Assembly: GCA_016191105.1 (NCBI GenBank)
Contig: JACPPH010000009.1
Span: 1 to 46,951 of the forward strand
Reading direction: 5' to 3'
Source of the DNA: Candidatus Saccharimonadota bacterium
Lineage (GTDB): Bacteria; Patescibacteriota; Saccharimonadia; CAILAD01; BJGX01
Length of the DNA: 46,951 bases
Below the pieces are notes generated by a model, which saw only the letters and a list, made by a program, of their open reading frames with translations, did not search any database and was not told the DNA's origin. Of the stretch, positions 25,199-32,957 are shown piece by piece. Positions within the stretch are counted from its first letter, which is position 1. Every line of letters begins with the position of its first letter. The position numbers and the translations under genes are program-made.

Positions 25199-28074
25199 TG
25201 CTTGGTCACAAAGTTAACTAATCGACCTGGCACAACTACAGCTTTTACAATCTCGGCACCACTAGTCCAGCTAAGTTCGTCATTCTTAATGCGGGCCTCA
25301 GTTTCAATGGCTTTGGCATCAGCGCCAGCCTCAACCACAAACTCCCCGCGTAGTTTGCCATTTACCTGCACTACAATTGTAACCACGTCATCTTTTACTA
25401 ATTCTGGATCGTACTTGGGCCAAGACTGCAAATGGATGCTCTCGGTGCGGCCAAGCTGCTCCCACAACTCCTCGGCTATGTGAGGTACAAACGGCGCAAG
25501 GATTTGCAGCAAGCTCTCTATTGCAAGCGTCCACTCTGGCGACTTTTGCACACTATAATCACTCTTGTGTTTATAATACTCATTGGTCGCCTCCATAATT
25601 GCAGCTATGGCGGTGTTGAACTTTTCGCCCCCAATATCTTGAGTAACTTTTTTGATTGATTTGTGAGCAGACCTTGTAATGGCAGTGCCGGCTATAGGTT
25701 CAGTTTTGTTACCTTCCGCTGCCATGTAAGCCTGGGTCAAGCTCCAGACTCGACTCAAGAAACGATATGCACCGGGTACACCTTGTGGATCCCAAAGTAC
25801 ATCTTGCTCAACAGGGGCAGCAAACATTTCGTACAGCCGTAAAGCATCGGCACCGTTTTGCTCAATCACCTCCAATGGATCAACACCATTGCCTTTGCTT
25901 TTACTAAAGGCCGAGCCGTCCGGGGCTTTGATTTTGCCATTGTAGACCATCTTGTCGAATGGCTCGGGGCTGTCCACTAAGCCAAGTTTGTGGAAAAACC
26001 TTGTGAAGAATCGTGCATACAGCAAATGAGCCGTAGCATGATCGCCGCCATTGTAAAAATCTACGGGCATCCATTTTTTTGTAAGTGCTGGGTCCCAGGC
26101 TTGAGTATCGTCGTGTGGACTCAAGTAACGCAAGAAGTACCAGCTAGAGCAAACGTAGCCATCCATGGTGTCGGTCTCGCGCTTACCCATCTTTCCACAT
26201 GTCGGACAGGGAGCATTTACCCAGCCTTCTACGCCCGCCAGTACCGATACATTCCCGCCGGTAGGCTGGTAGTCCTTTATTTCGGGCAGCAACACTGGCA
26301 AATCTTTTTCAGGGACTGCTACTGCACCGTGTTCTTCGCAGTGAATAATTGGAATTGGTGCTCCCCAATACCGCTGACGGCTAATCAGCCAATCGCGCAT
26401 CTTGTATTGCACTTCTGGTTTAGCCAGCCCTTTTTTGCTCAAGAATTCAGTAATCTTTTCTCGGGCTTGGACCGAACTCATGCCGTCAAATTGGTCAGAG
26501 TTGTAAAGCACCCCATCGCCAGTAAATACCATGCGGGCAACAAACTTGTCATATACGTAGCGATGCAGGGGATCAACCACCTCTGTTTCGGCTTTGTCTT
26601 TGCTGATCCATTCAACCTTAAACTTATCTTTTTCATTATCTTCGAGCTGTTGGCTTTGGCGATTATCGCTCTTTAATCGGAAATGGACAGCCTTAGTGTG
26701 GGCAATTGTGGCCTGCTTTTTGGAATGCGCATAGTAGTGGTGGTGAATTGTTTCGTCACCTATCTCTATCAGCTCTAAGTCTGCGTAACCAGTCTCTTCA
26801 GCTACTTCGCGCTTGGCGGTTTTAACCGGATCTTCACCCTCTTCGACCGTACCGCCAACCAGTAAGCGCCCGCCAAGCTTTGGACCCCAGTTTATGGTCA
26901 AAACTTCGCCCTTAGCATTTTCCACCAAGGCCACAATCTTGCCCTTTTCTTTAGGCTCTTTTTGTTCACTGCCAGTTACAGGCTCAACCGAGGTCTTGAG
27001 TGGAATCTTATGCTTCATAGCGAATTCCACATCGCGTTCATCGTGGCCATCACCAAAAACCGCGCCTGTGCCATAGCCACCCAACACAAAGTCAGCTACC
27101 CAAATCGGCATTCTTTCACCACTGGCCGGGTTGGTTGCATAACTACCAGTAAAAACACCGGTCTTTTCTTTGGCCTCTTGACGGTCAACGTCGGTCTTAA
27201 CCACAGCCTGCTTGGTGTATTGTTCAACCTCGGCTTGCTTGTCATTTGTAGACAGCTCTTTGATTAGTGGGTTCTCAGGTGCCAACACTATAAACGTGCC
27301 GCTGTAGATTGTGTCTATTCGAGTAGTGTAGGCTTCAATGGTCTTGCTTGAATCCTCAATCGGAAACTTAACCAAAACACCTTGGCTACGACCAATCCAG
27401 CTTTTTTGCGAAGCTTTGACCGACTGGGTCCAGTTAAGATCATCTGTGGCCTTGAGCATCTCATCGGCATAATCAGTAATCTTAAAAAACCACTGCTTTA
27501 AGTTCTTTTTGGTTACTAGTGGATCATCCGGACCGTCATGACGCCAACACTTGCCATTTATTACCTGTTCGTCTGCTAAAACAGTCTTGCACTGATCGCA
27601 CCACCATTGAGCACTTTCTTTTTGATAAGCAAGCTTGTGCTCAAACAGCTTGGTAAAGATCCATTGCGTCCATTTGTAATACTCAGGGTCGGTCGTGTTG
27701 ATCTCTTTGCTCCAGTCGACCGCCCAGCCCATGGCTCGATATTGCTTTTGGTATTTAGCGATAGCTTTTTTGGTAGATTCTTGGGGTGAAACTCCCGTCT
27801 TGATAGCAAAGTTCTCGGCTGGCAAGCCAAATGAGTCCCAACCTACTGGCTGATACGAGGCATGGCCTTGTTGTCGCTTAAATCGAGTTATTACATCAGA
27901 AATCGTGTAATTGCGTACGTGCCCAACATGTATACCAGCGCCGCTTGGGTAATTAAACATACCAAAGCCATAAAACTTAGGATTTTTGCTGGCTAGGTCG
28001 ACAGAATAAATGCCTGTGTCTTGCCAGATTTTTTGCCATTTCGGCTCGATTGACTTAGGATCGTATTTTTTCAT
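25195..28074 (-). CDS. leuS: Leucyl-tRNA synthetase carrying an inserted Nudix-box domain
   Basis: It has HVGH (HIGH), FSKSK (KMSKS) and the CP1 editing motifs TTRIDT and GTGAVFGDGHDERD. At 959 aa it is about 100 aa longer than E. coli LeuRS. Confidence 0.95.
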   Translation of the reverse strand: MKKYDPKSIEPKWQKIWQDTGIYSVDLASKNPKFYGFGMFNYPSGAGIHVGHVRNYTISDVITRFKRQQGHASYQPVGWDSFGLPAENFAIKTGVSPQESTKKAIAKYQKQYRAMGWAVDWSKEINTTDPEYYKWTQWIFTKLFEHKLAYQKESAQWWCDQCKTVLADEQVINGKCWRHDGPDDPLVTKKNLKQWFFKITDYADEMLKATDDLNWTQSVKASQKSWIGRSQGVLVKFPIEDSSKTIEAYTTRIDTIYSGTFIVLAPENPLIKELSTNDKQAEVEQYTKQAVVKTDVDRQEAKEKTGVFTGSYATNPASGERMPIWVADFVLGGYGTGAVFGDGHDERDVEFAMKHKIPLKTSVEPVTGSEQKEPKEKGKIVALVENAKGEVLTINWGPKLGGRLLVGGTVEEGEDPVKTAKREVAEETGYADLELIEIGDETIHHHYYAHSKKQATIAHTKAVHFRLKSDNRQSQQLEDNEKDKFKVEWISKDKAETEVVDPLHRYVYDKFVARMVFTGDGVLYNSDQFDGMSSVQAREKITEFLSKKGLAKPEVQYKMRDWLISRQRYWGAPIPIIHCEEHGAVAVPEKDLPVLLPEIKDYQPTGGNVSVLAGVEGWVNAPCPTCGKMGKRETDTMDGYVCSSWYFLRYLSPHDDTQAWDPALTKKWMPVDFYNGGDHATAHLLYARFFTRFFHKLGLVDSPEPFDKMVYNGKIKAPDGSAFSKSKGNGVDPLEVIEQNGADALRLYEMFAAPVEQDVLWDPQGVPGAYRFLSRVWSLTQAYMAAEGNKTEPIAGTAITRSAHKSIKKVTQDIGGEKFNTAIAAIMEATNEYYKHKSDYSVQKSPEWTLAIESLLQILAPFVPHIAEELWEQLGRTESIHLQSWPKYDPELVKDDVVTIVVQVNGKLRGEFVVEAGADAKAIETEARIKNDELSWTSGAEIVKAVVVPGRLVNFVTKQ
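26530..26979 (-). other. Roughly 150-aa Nudix hydrolase-like domain nested inside leuS (residues about 366-515)
   Basis: GTVEEGEDPVKTAKREVAEETGY (nt 26788-26856) is a perfect match to G-x5-E-x7-REUxEExGU. The insert lies between KHKIPLKTSV and GVLYNSDQFDG, which are about 20 aa apart in E. coli LeuRS. Confidence 0.75.
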
Positions 28075-28106
28075 AATGACCTTATTCTATCAGATTAATT
28101 TAGTAC

Positions 28107-28145
28107 GGACACGGCCCGGGGTGGTTTCCCACCCCGAAGCCGTCC
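28107..28145 (-). other. Long imperfect GC-rich hairpin with a GAAA loop, about 30 nt upstream of the leuS ATG
   Basis: On the minus strand the sequence is GGACGGCTTCGGGGTGG-GAAA-CCACCCCGGGCCGTGTCC. No U-run follows it. Confidence 0.5.
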
Positions 28146-28170
28146 GCAAGGGCACCTGTCCTGACTGAGC

Positions 28171-28326
28171 TCAGGCGTATGGCACCAAGCCGTCAGGAAA
28201 ACGAGCTTTGTCAAAGGCTGGCCAGACTGGCGGCCAGGAATGACCAATTGCACTCTCGACCTGAGTGTTGTCTGGTGTCGAGCTGATCTGGGTTGTAATC
28301 GGTTGTGTGGTTGCTTGTTTCTTCAT
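28171..28326 (-). CDS. Small (51 aa) hypothetical protein in a GC-rich mini-islet inside the leuS leader, absent from the ORF track
   Basis: AGGGAGAG lies just upstream of the ATG at 28326. The product is MKKQATTQPITTQISSTPDNTQVESAIGHSWPPVWPAFDKARFPDGLVPYA, with TGA at 28171-73. Confidence 0.35.
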   Translation of the reverse strand: MKKQATTQPITTQISSTPDNTQVESAIGHSWPPVWPAFDKARFPDGLVPYA

Positions 28327-28392
28327 GTCTCTCCCTTGGTGCTTATCCTTGCTATCAGCTCACGAACGAATCGTAAGCTGATTGTCTAGACA

Positions 28393-28416
28393 AACAAAAA
28401 ACCGCCTTTCGGCGGT
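28393..28416 (-). terminator. Intrinsic terminator / attenuator (GACCGCC-GAAA-GGCGGUU-UUUU)
   Basis: The hairpin is at 28401-28416, and the plus-strand A-run at 28396-28400 gives a U-run on the minus strand. It lies 23 nt after the leader ORF stop. Confidence 0.6.
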
Positions 28417-28438
28417 CAGATTCTTGAAAAACTATTTA

Positions 28439-28519
28439 TTATCGATCAGCGCGTACACGAACCTTAACCGCCTTACGGGGCACCAGTAGAGTAAGTAGGT
28501 TAAGTAAAAATTCTCGCAT
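28439..28519 (-). CDS. Candidate Leu-codon-rich leader peptide (26 aa, MREFLLNLLTLLVPRKAVKVRVRADR)
   Basis: Six Leu codons fall within codons 5-12. The ATG lies 10 nt after the -10 box, so the mRNA is nearly leaderless. A terminator follows. Confidence 0.4.
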   Translation of the reverse strand: MREFLLNLLTLLVPRKAVKVRVRADR

Positions 28520-28529
28520 AACGATTCTG

Positions 28530-28558
28530 ATATTACGCTTATAGTTGTACTCTGTCAA
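28530..28558 (-). promoter_or_regulatory. Near-consensus sigma70-type promoter (TTGACA-17 nt-TAATAT)
   Basis: On the minus strand, TTGACA is at 28558-28553 and TAATAT at 28535-28530, with a 17-nt spacer. Confidence 0.55.
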
Positions 28559-28577
28559 GCTAGTTTCACAAACTTTT

Positions 28578-29603
28578 TTAAACATGTCGGATTTTTTTGC
28601 GGGCAACTTCCACAGCCAGATTCAAAGCGTACTTAGTTTTGTTAACCACTAAGTCTTGGGCGTGCAAATACTCGACATCTTCACCACCAAAGCCGCGCTT
28701 GAAGACCGATACCCCATGGAATCTGTGGCTAGCCTCGCCCGCCGGCGCTACCCCCCAGAAGTTATAGCGACTCATGCCGCGCTTTTTGGCCTCACGAATA
28801 GCCTGCCACTGAATAAGCGGTGCGCCAGGATACTTGCGGCCTTCAAGAGTGCTGGCACCATAATGATAAGCAGCCTCTTCCCCATAAAATATCACAAATG
28901 CTTGGGCCAACAACTTGCCGTCGCGATGTGCGCTATAGAGTTTAGCCATGTCGTGCTCGGCAAAGGTCCTGAATTGCTTCTCTAGAAAGTCATAGCTAAA
29001 CGGCACAAAACCCTGGCGCTTGGCCGTCTCCATCTGTAGATCATAAAAGGCCTTAAGATCTTGAGGACTCGATGACTGGCTAACTTTTACACATTGCTTG
29101 ATGGCTTTGCGAATCTCATAGCGGGTTTGCTGACGCATATCTGCCATAATTTCATCTTCGGATTTGCTAAGATCAAGTTGGCTGGTTAACTCGGCTGAGA
29201 GGTGCATTGGACTCGGCCGAAAGCCGGCTTGAGCAAAGATAGTTTTCGCAAAGTCATTGCTGATTAACTGCGGTCGAACCCGGACAAATACACACTTTTG
29301 ATCGTTAATCAGCTGCCGCAGAGATTCAGCCCAGATCCTCACCAGGTTTTGGTTGTGCCAATCTAATATTGGCCCACCAGCAACCGCCATATAGCGTCCA
29401 CGCCGAGCCGCTTCGGTTACACTCAACATCACACCTGCCAGCTTACTTCCTTCAAAGTAGCCTAGGCGATGTATATTTTTGCCTAGAGATTTGTTAAATT
29501 CACCCCAATACCACGATTGTAAAAAATTAGCCTCAGGGTGCTTAGCTAAAAAAGCCTCCCAAACTTTCTCTTCTTCAATTGTTTTAATTGTTATTGCTGG
29601 CAT
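28578..29603 (-). CDS. FemX/FemAB-family aminoacyl-tRNA-dependent peptidoglycan peptidyltransferase
   Basis: The N-terminus is WEAFLAKHPEANFLQSWYWGEF. The protein is about 340 aa with C-terminal FKRGFGG. Confidence 0.8.
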   Translation of the reverse strand: MPAITIKTIEEEKVWEAFLAKHPEANFLQSWYWGEFNKSLGKNIHRLGYFEGSKLAGVMLSVTEAARRGRYMAVAGGPILDWHNQNLVRIWAESLRQLINDQKCVFVRVRPQLISNDFAKTIFAQAGFRPSPMHLSAELTSQLDLSKSEDEIMADMRQQTRYEIRKAIKQCVKVSQSSSPQDLKAFYDLQMETAKRQGFVPFSYDFLEKQFRTFAEHDMAKLYSAHRDGKLLAQAFVIFYGEEAAYHYGASTLEGRKYPGAPLIQWQAIREAKKRGMSRYNFWGVAPAGEASHRFHGVSVFKRGFGGEDVEYLHAQDLVVNKTKYALNLAVEVARKKIRHV

Positions 29604-30784
29604 TGGTTTATAACTTCGCTTATTTTCTGAGCCAGGCCGGGAGTTATCTGTCTGTGAGTTGGCAGATTAATAATTTGTCTGCACAGCTTCTCGGCATTGG
29701 GGCATTGGCCGGTTTTGTAGGTAGTTGCGCTCATATAGCGAGGTGGTGCGATTGGTGTGTCGTACCATGTATCAGTTATATATATGCATTGTTTGGCCAG
29801 CTCGGCAAAAACCTTATCGCGATCCTTAACGACTGCTGGGAAGCGCAAGCATGACGATTTAGCAAGTTTACTCGAGGCCAGAAGTTGTACTGAACTATCA
29901 AAATTATCTGCATAGACCTTGGCCAAATTCTGACGTCGGCTCAGTTCCGAGGACAAGTCTTTGAACTGGTTTAGGGCGAGCCTGGCCTGCCATGCAGAAA
30001 TAGCATGACCCTCGTAGTATTCGGCGTCGACCGAGCGCGAAAGCAGACCAAGTTTCTTGAACAAACTGTGCAAGAGTTTTCCTATGCCAAAAATGCCATA
30101 AAAAACTCGGACTTTCCAAGTTAGTATTGGGTACAAGCAGTCGCGCATGCGGGCTGAGGCTGGCGGCTTAGACAGCCTAAATTGATCTAGCTTTTGGTAT
30201 TTGCCGGTGCGAACCACGAGTGCCCCGCCCGACACCGCATCGATCAGCTTATCGCGGCCAAAGCTGAGCATGGCAAAATCACCAACAGTGCCGACTTCGC
30301 GCCCATCGGCATATTTGGTTTTAACACCGTGGGCCAAATCTTCGATCAAAACAAGCCCGTGCTCTTTACAAACTTTTTCGATACCGGCAATATCGCACGG
30401 CACGCCAAGAGTATTTTGAATGATCACCGCCTTAACTTTTGCATTCTTACTAACAGCTTGCTCAAGTTGAGTTGCAGAGAATTGTAGTCCGCCAGGCTCT
30501 ATGTCGACAAACTCCGCTTCGCACCCGGCATAAGTCACTGCTCGATAGACCGCATAGCAAGTAAAGCCATTAATTGCAACTGCTGAGCCTTTCGGTAGAT
30601 CGCTTAATTTGACTGCTAGCTGCAAAGCCTCGCGACCTTTGTATGTCAGTAGCGCCTTACCAGCATAGGTTTTTTCGAGTTCGCCTGTGAGTTCTTGTGT
30701 GGCCGTTTTAGAACCAATCCCAAAGAAAGCCCGCCAGATTTCTGAGGCACTATAATTTGAGCCCAGGGAGTTGAAAATGCTCAC
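29591..30784 (-). CDS. DegT/DnrJ/EryC1/StrS-family PLP-dependent aminotransferase
   Basis: The fold-type I layout is present, with SFGRDKLIDAVSGGAL (Lys-containing PLP motif). Confidence 0.7.
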   Translation of the reverse strand: MSIFNSLGSNYSASEIWRAFFGIGSKTATQELTGELEKTYAGKALLTYKGREALQLAVKLSDLPKGSAVAINGFTCYAVYRAVTYAGCEAEFVDIEPGGLQFSATQLEQAVSKNAKVKAVIIQNTLGVPCDIAGIEKVCKEHGLVLIEDLAHGVKTKYADGREVGTVGDFAMLSFGRDKLIDAVSGGALVVRTGKYQKLDQFRLSKPPASARMRDCLYPILTWKVRVFYGIFGIGKLLHSLFKKLGLLSRSVDAEYYEGHAISAWQARLALNQFKDLSSELSRRQNLAKVYADNFDSSVQLLASSKLAKSSCLRFPAVVKDRDKVFAELAKQCIYITDTWYDTPIAPPRYMSATTYKTGQCPNAEKLCRQIINLPTHRQITPGLAQKISEVINQCQQ

Positions 30785-31473
30785 CTCAACAACTCCAGAA
30801 TGGTATCGCCAACAATTTCTGGGTTGGTATAGAACGGTGAGTGTCGGCCCTCTTTAATCACTTGGAGCTTTGAGCCCTTGATCTGCTCATGAATTTGTTT
30901 ACCATCACTCAAAGGGGTTAACTTGTCGTCTTCACCCCAAATAATGGTTGTGGGCACTCTTACTTCTTCAAAATGCAGATTCTTATTGTCACGCTGCAGG
31001 TTAACCATGGTCTGCTTCATGTTTTCTGGCGCACGTTCGTAATCATGAGCTCGGCTGGCTTTGTATAGTAGTTTTTTTAGCTTGGGTGAGCGAGTAATCT
31101 TCTTGCCGGCTTTGGCAGCAGCTTTAAACATTCGCAGGCGCAGTTTTAGAGTTGCTTGATCGTGGTGTACGCCAGCACTATCTATTAATATGAGTTGTCT
31201 AACTCGCTCAGGATTTTGGATTACAAAATTGGCGCATATACGGCCACCATTGGAGTGACCGACTAATACAAATGGCTGCTTGGCTGACTTGGTTTGATCT
31301 TTCAGCCAATCAGTATACTTCTGCAAGTCCCAAATCTCTTTAGATGGAGCAGTGAGGCCAGGAACTTTTAGCATGGTGGGCTCAACATCCTTGCTTTTCA
31401 GATACGTCATAAGCTTTTCCCACTTACTAAGGTCATAAGCCCAGCCGTGGACAACATAGATTCTTGGCCTCAT
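30781..31473 (-). CDS. Alpha/beta hydrolase
   Basis: It has the VLVGHSNGG nucleophile elbow and a late GRHSPF His. I prefer the ATG at 31473 (MRPRIYVVHGW). Confidence 0.75.
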   Translation of the reverse strand: MRPRIYVVHGWAYDLSKWEKLMTYLKSKDVEPTMLKVPGLTAPSKEIWDLQKYTDWLKDQTKSAKQPFVLVGHSNGGRICANFVIQNPERVRQLILIDSAGVHHDQATLKLRLRMFKAAAKAGKKITRSPKLKKLLYKASRAHDYERAPENMKQTMVNLQRDNKNLHFEEVRVPTTIIWGEDDKLTPLSDGKQIHEQIKGSKLQVIKEGRHSPFYTNPEIVGDTILELLR

Positions 31474-31475
31474 AG

Positions 31476-32759
31476 CTATAGTCCCCAAGCCCTTCGGCGT
31501 TTTACCCAAACAGCCTCACGTCGGCATAGCTTTGCGGCATCGGCCTTATCTTTTAGTAGGTGCTCAATTACGCCTTCTAAAAAGCGGGTGCCCTTAAATA
31601 GAATCGTCTCGCCACCTGTTAGCTCTGACTCTAGTATGTCTAAAACCTCGCGCGGTGTCTTCACAGCAGTGTGTTCGACCTTGAGTTGGGTCAAAACTGG
31701 CGAACAGAACTTTTTGCAACGTGGCCCCATAACAATAATCTTATCAAACTTATACTTTGCAATGTCGCGGGCTAACTGCTGGTGCACTTTTTGCTCACTT
31801 TCGCCCTGCTCCAAAACGTCGCTAATTACTACCCATTTTTTAGGCACATCGAGGCTAGCAAACATATTCAAGATGGCCTCAGCCGCATCTAACGAGGCGT
31901 TGTAGGTGCCGTCTATTAAGGTAGTGTTTTTAATGCCTTTGAAGACTGAGCTGCGACCTGGTGGGGGCAGAAAGTTCTTGAAATCCTTGTCGAACTTAAA
32001 GTTAAGGTTGAAACAAAGTATCAAAGTAGCGAGAGCTGATAGGCCAGCCTCCTCAGGAACTAGCGATGGAATGGTAAACTCTTTTGGTAATTGTTTAAAG
32101 TTTCCTTCGTGGGTGAATATTGTGGACTCTAGACCTGGCCGGTAGCTAACTATGTTTTTACTAGAAACCAGAATATTCTCTTTTGGCCCCAGTCCGGGTT
32201 CACTCTGTTTAGTTATGTCCGGGTTATCTCGATTTAATATTGAAAGCTCCGATGTTGCTCTTAAGATGTGTCCATATTCAAAAGCAATCGCTTGCTCGAC
32301 ATTGTTGAATTTACCGCTTTTAACCAGCTTATCGAAATTCATAGCATGGGTTTGGGTGCTGGATAGCCAAATTACACCATTCGGTCGTAATAGCTCAGCC
32401 AAGAACTTACCTTCGCCTGGCCGATCACAATCAACCTCAACCACATAGATACTCTGTTTATGTATGCCCTTGAATGCCTTAAATGGTGCCTTGGAAATTA
32501 AACTTAACCACTCTGTCCGTTTCAATTCCTTGCGACTTAGGCCCAAGATATCGAATGGCACACCAAAACTGCTGTTAGCCTTATGCGAGTAGCGAGCCTT
32601 GCTGCCTAGCTGCGCCTCAGCCAAATGAAGCATGGTGGTTTTGCCGCTGGAGCCAGTAATCACAAATACTTTTGGGCGCCAGCGCTTTAACTGGATCTTG
32701 GCCCAAAAACGAAAATATCGAGCTGCCACAAAATAGAGGCGCTTCTTCAATGGACTCAT
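31476..32759 (-). CDS. Mur ligase family protein lacking the N-terminal UDP-binding domain
   Basis: It has the VITGSSGKTT P-loop and central and C-terminal Mur-ligase-like regions. SD AGGAGAA precedes the start. Confidence 0.7.
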   Translation of the reverse strand: MSPLKKRLYFVAARYFRFWAKIQLKRWRPKVFVITGSSGKTTMLHLAEAQLGSKARYSHKANSSFGVPFDILGLSRKELKRTEWLSLISKAPFKAFKGIHKQSIYVVEVDCDRPGEGKFLAELLRPNGVIWLSSTQTHAMNFDKLVKSGKFNNVEQAIAFEYGHILRATSELSILNRDNPDITKQSEPGLGPKENILVSSKNIVSYRPGLESTIFTHEGNFKQLPKEFTIPSLVPEEAGLSALATLILCFNLNFKFDKDFKNFLPPPGRSSVFKGIKNTTLIDGTYNASLDAAEAILNMFASLDVPKKWVVISDVLEQGESEQKVHQQLARDIAKYKFDKIIVMGPRCKKFCSPVLTQLKVEHTAVKTPREVLDILESELTGGETILFKGTRFLEGVIEHLLKDKADAAKLCRREAVWVKRRRAWGL

Positions 32760-32805
32760 TGTAGATTCTCCTGCGAGATTCGAAAGCCCAATCGCCGAGT
32801 AAGAT

Positions 32806-32858
32806 GGTTGTTTTCTTGCGCCAAAGCATAGCCGTAGCTACGCTGCGAAGTAAAAAAT
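32806..32858 (-). promoter_or_regulatory. Conserved 53-nt palindrome-containing element, copy 1 (candidate promoter plus operator)
   Basis: On the minus strand it reads ATTTTTTACTTCGCAGCGTAGCTACGGCTATGCTTTGGCGCAAGAAAACAACC. The near-identical copy is at 46606-46658. It lies 62 nt upstream of the ATG. Confidence 0.55.
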
Positions 32859-32957
32859 AAGCAGCTTGCTGGCGAGTGGAGTTGCAGACGCAGGAATATC
32901 TGTAATGAGTCCATAATAACCATAATTATATACTACTTTCAATTTTGGTATCTGTGA

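Noticed and set aside
28075-28560. T-box riboswitch in the long leuS leader.
   Set aside because: I could find no T-box consensus (…GGGUGGNACCGCG…), no AG-bay or distal-loop motifs, and no obvious specifier loop. The Leu-codon leader ORF plus the duplicated terminator arm fits peptide-mediated attenuation better.
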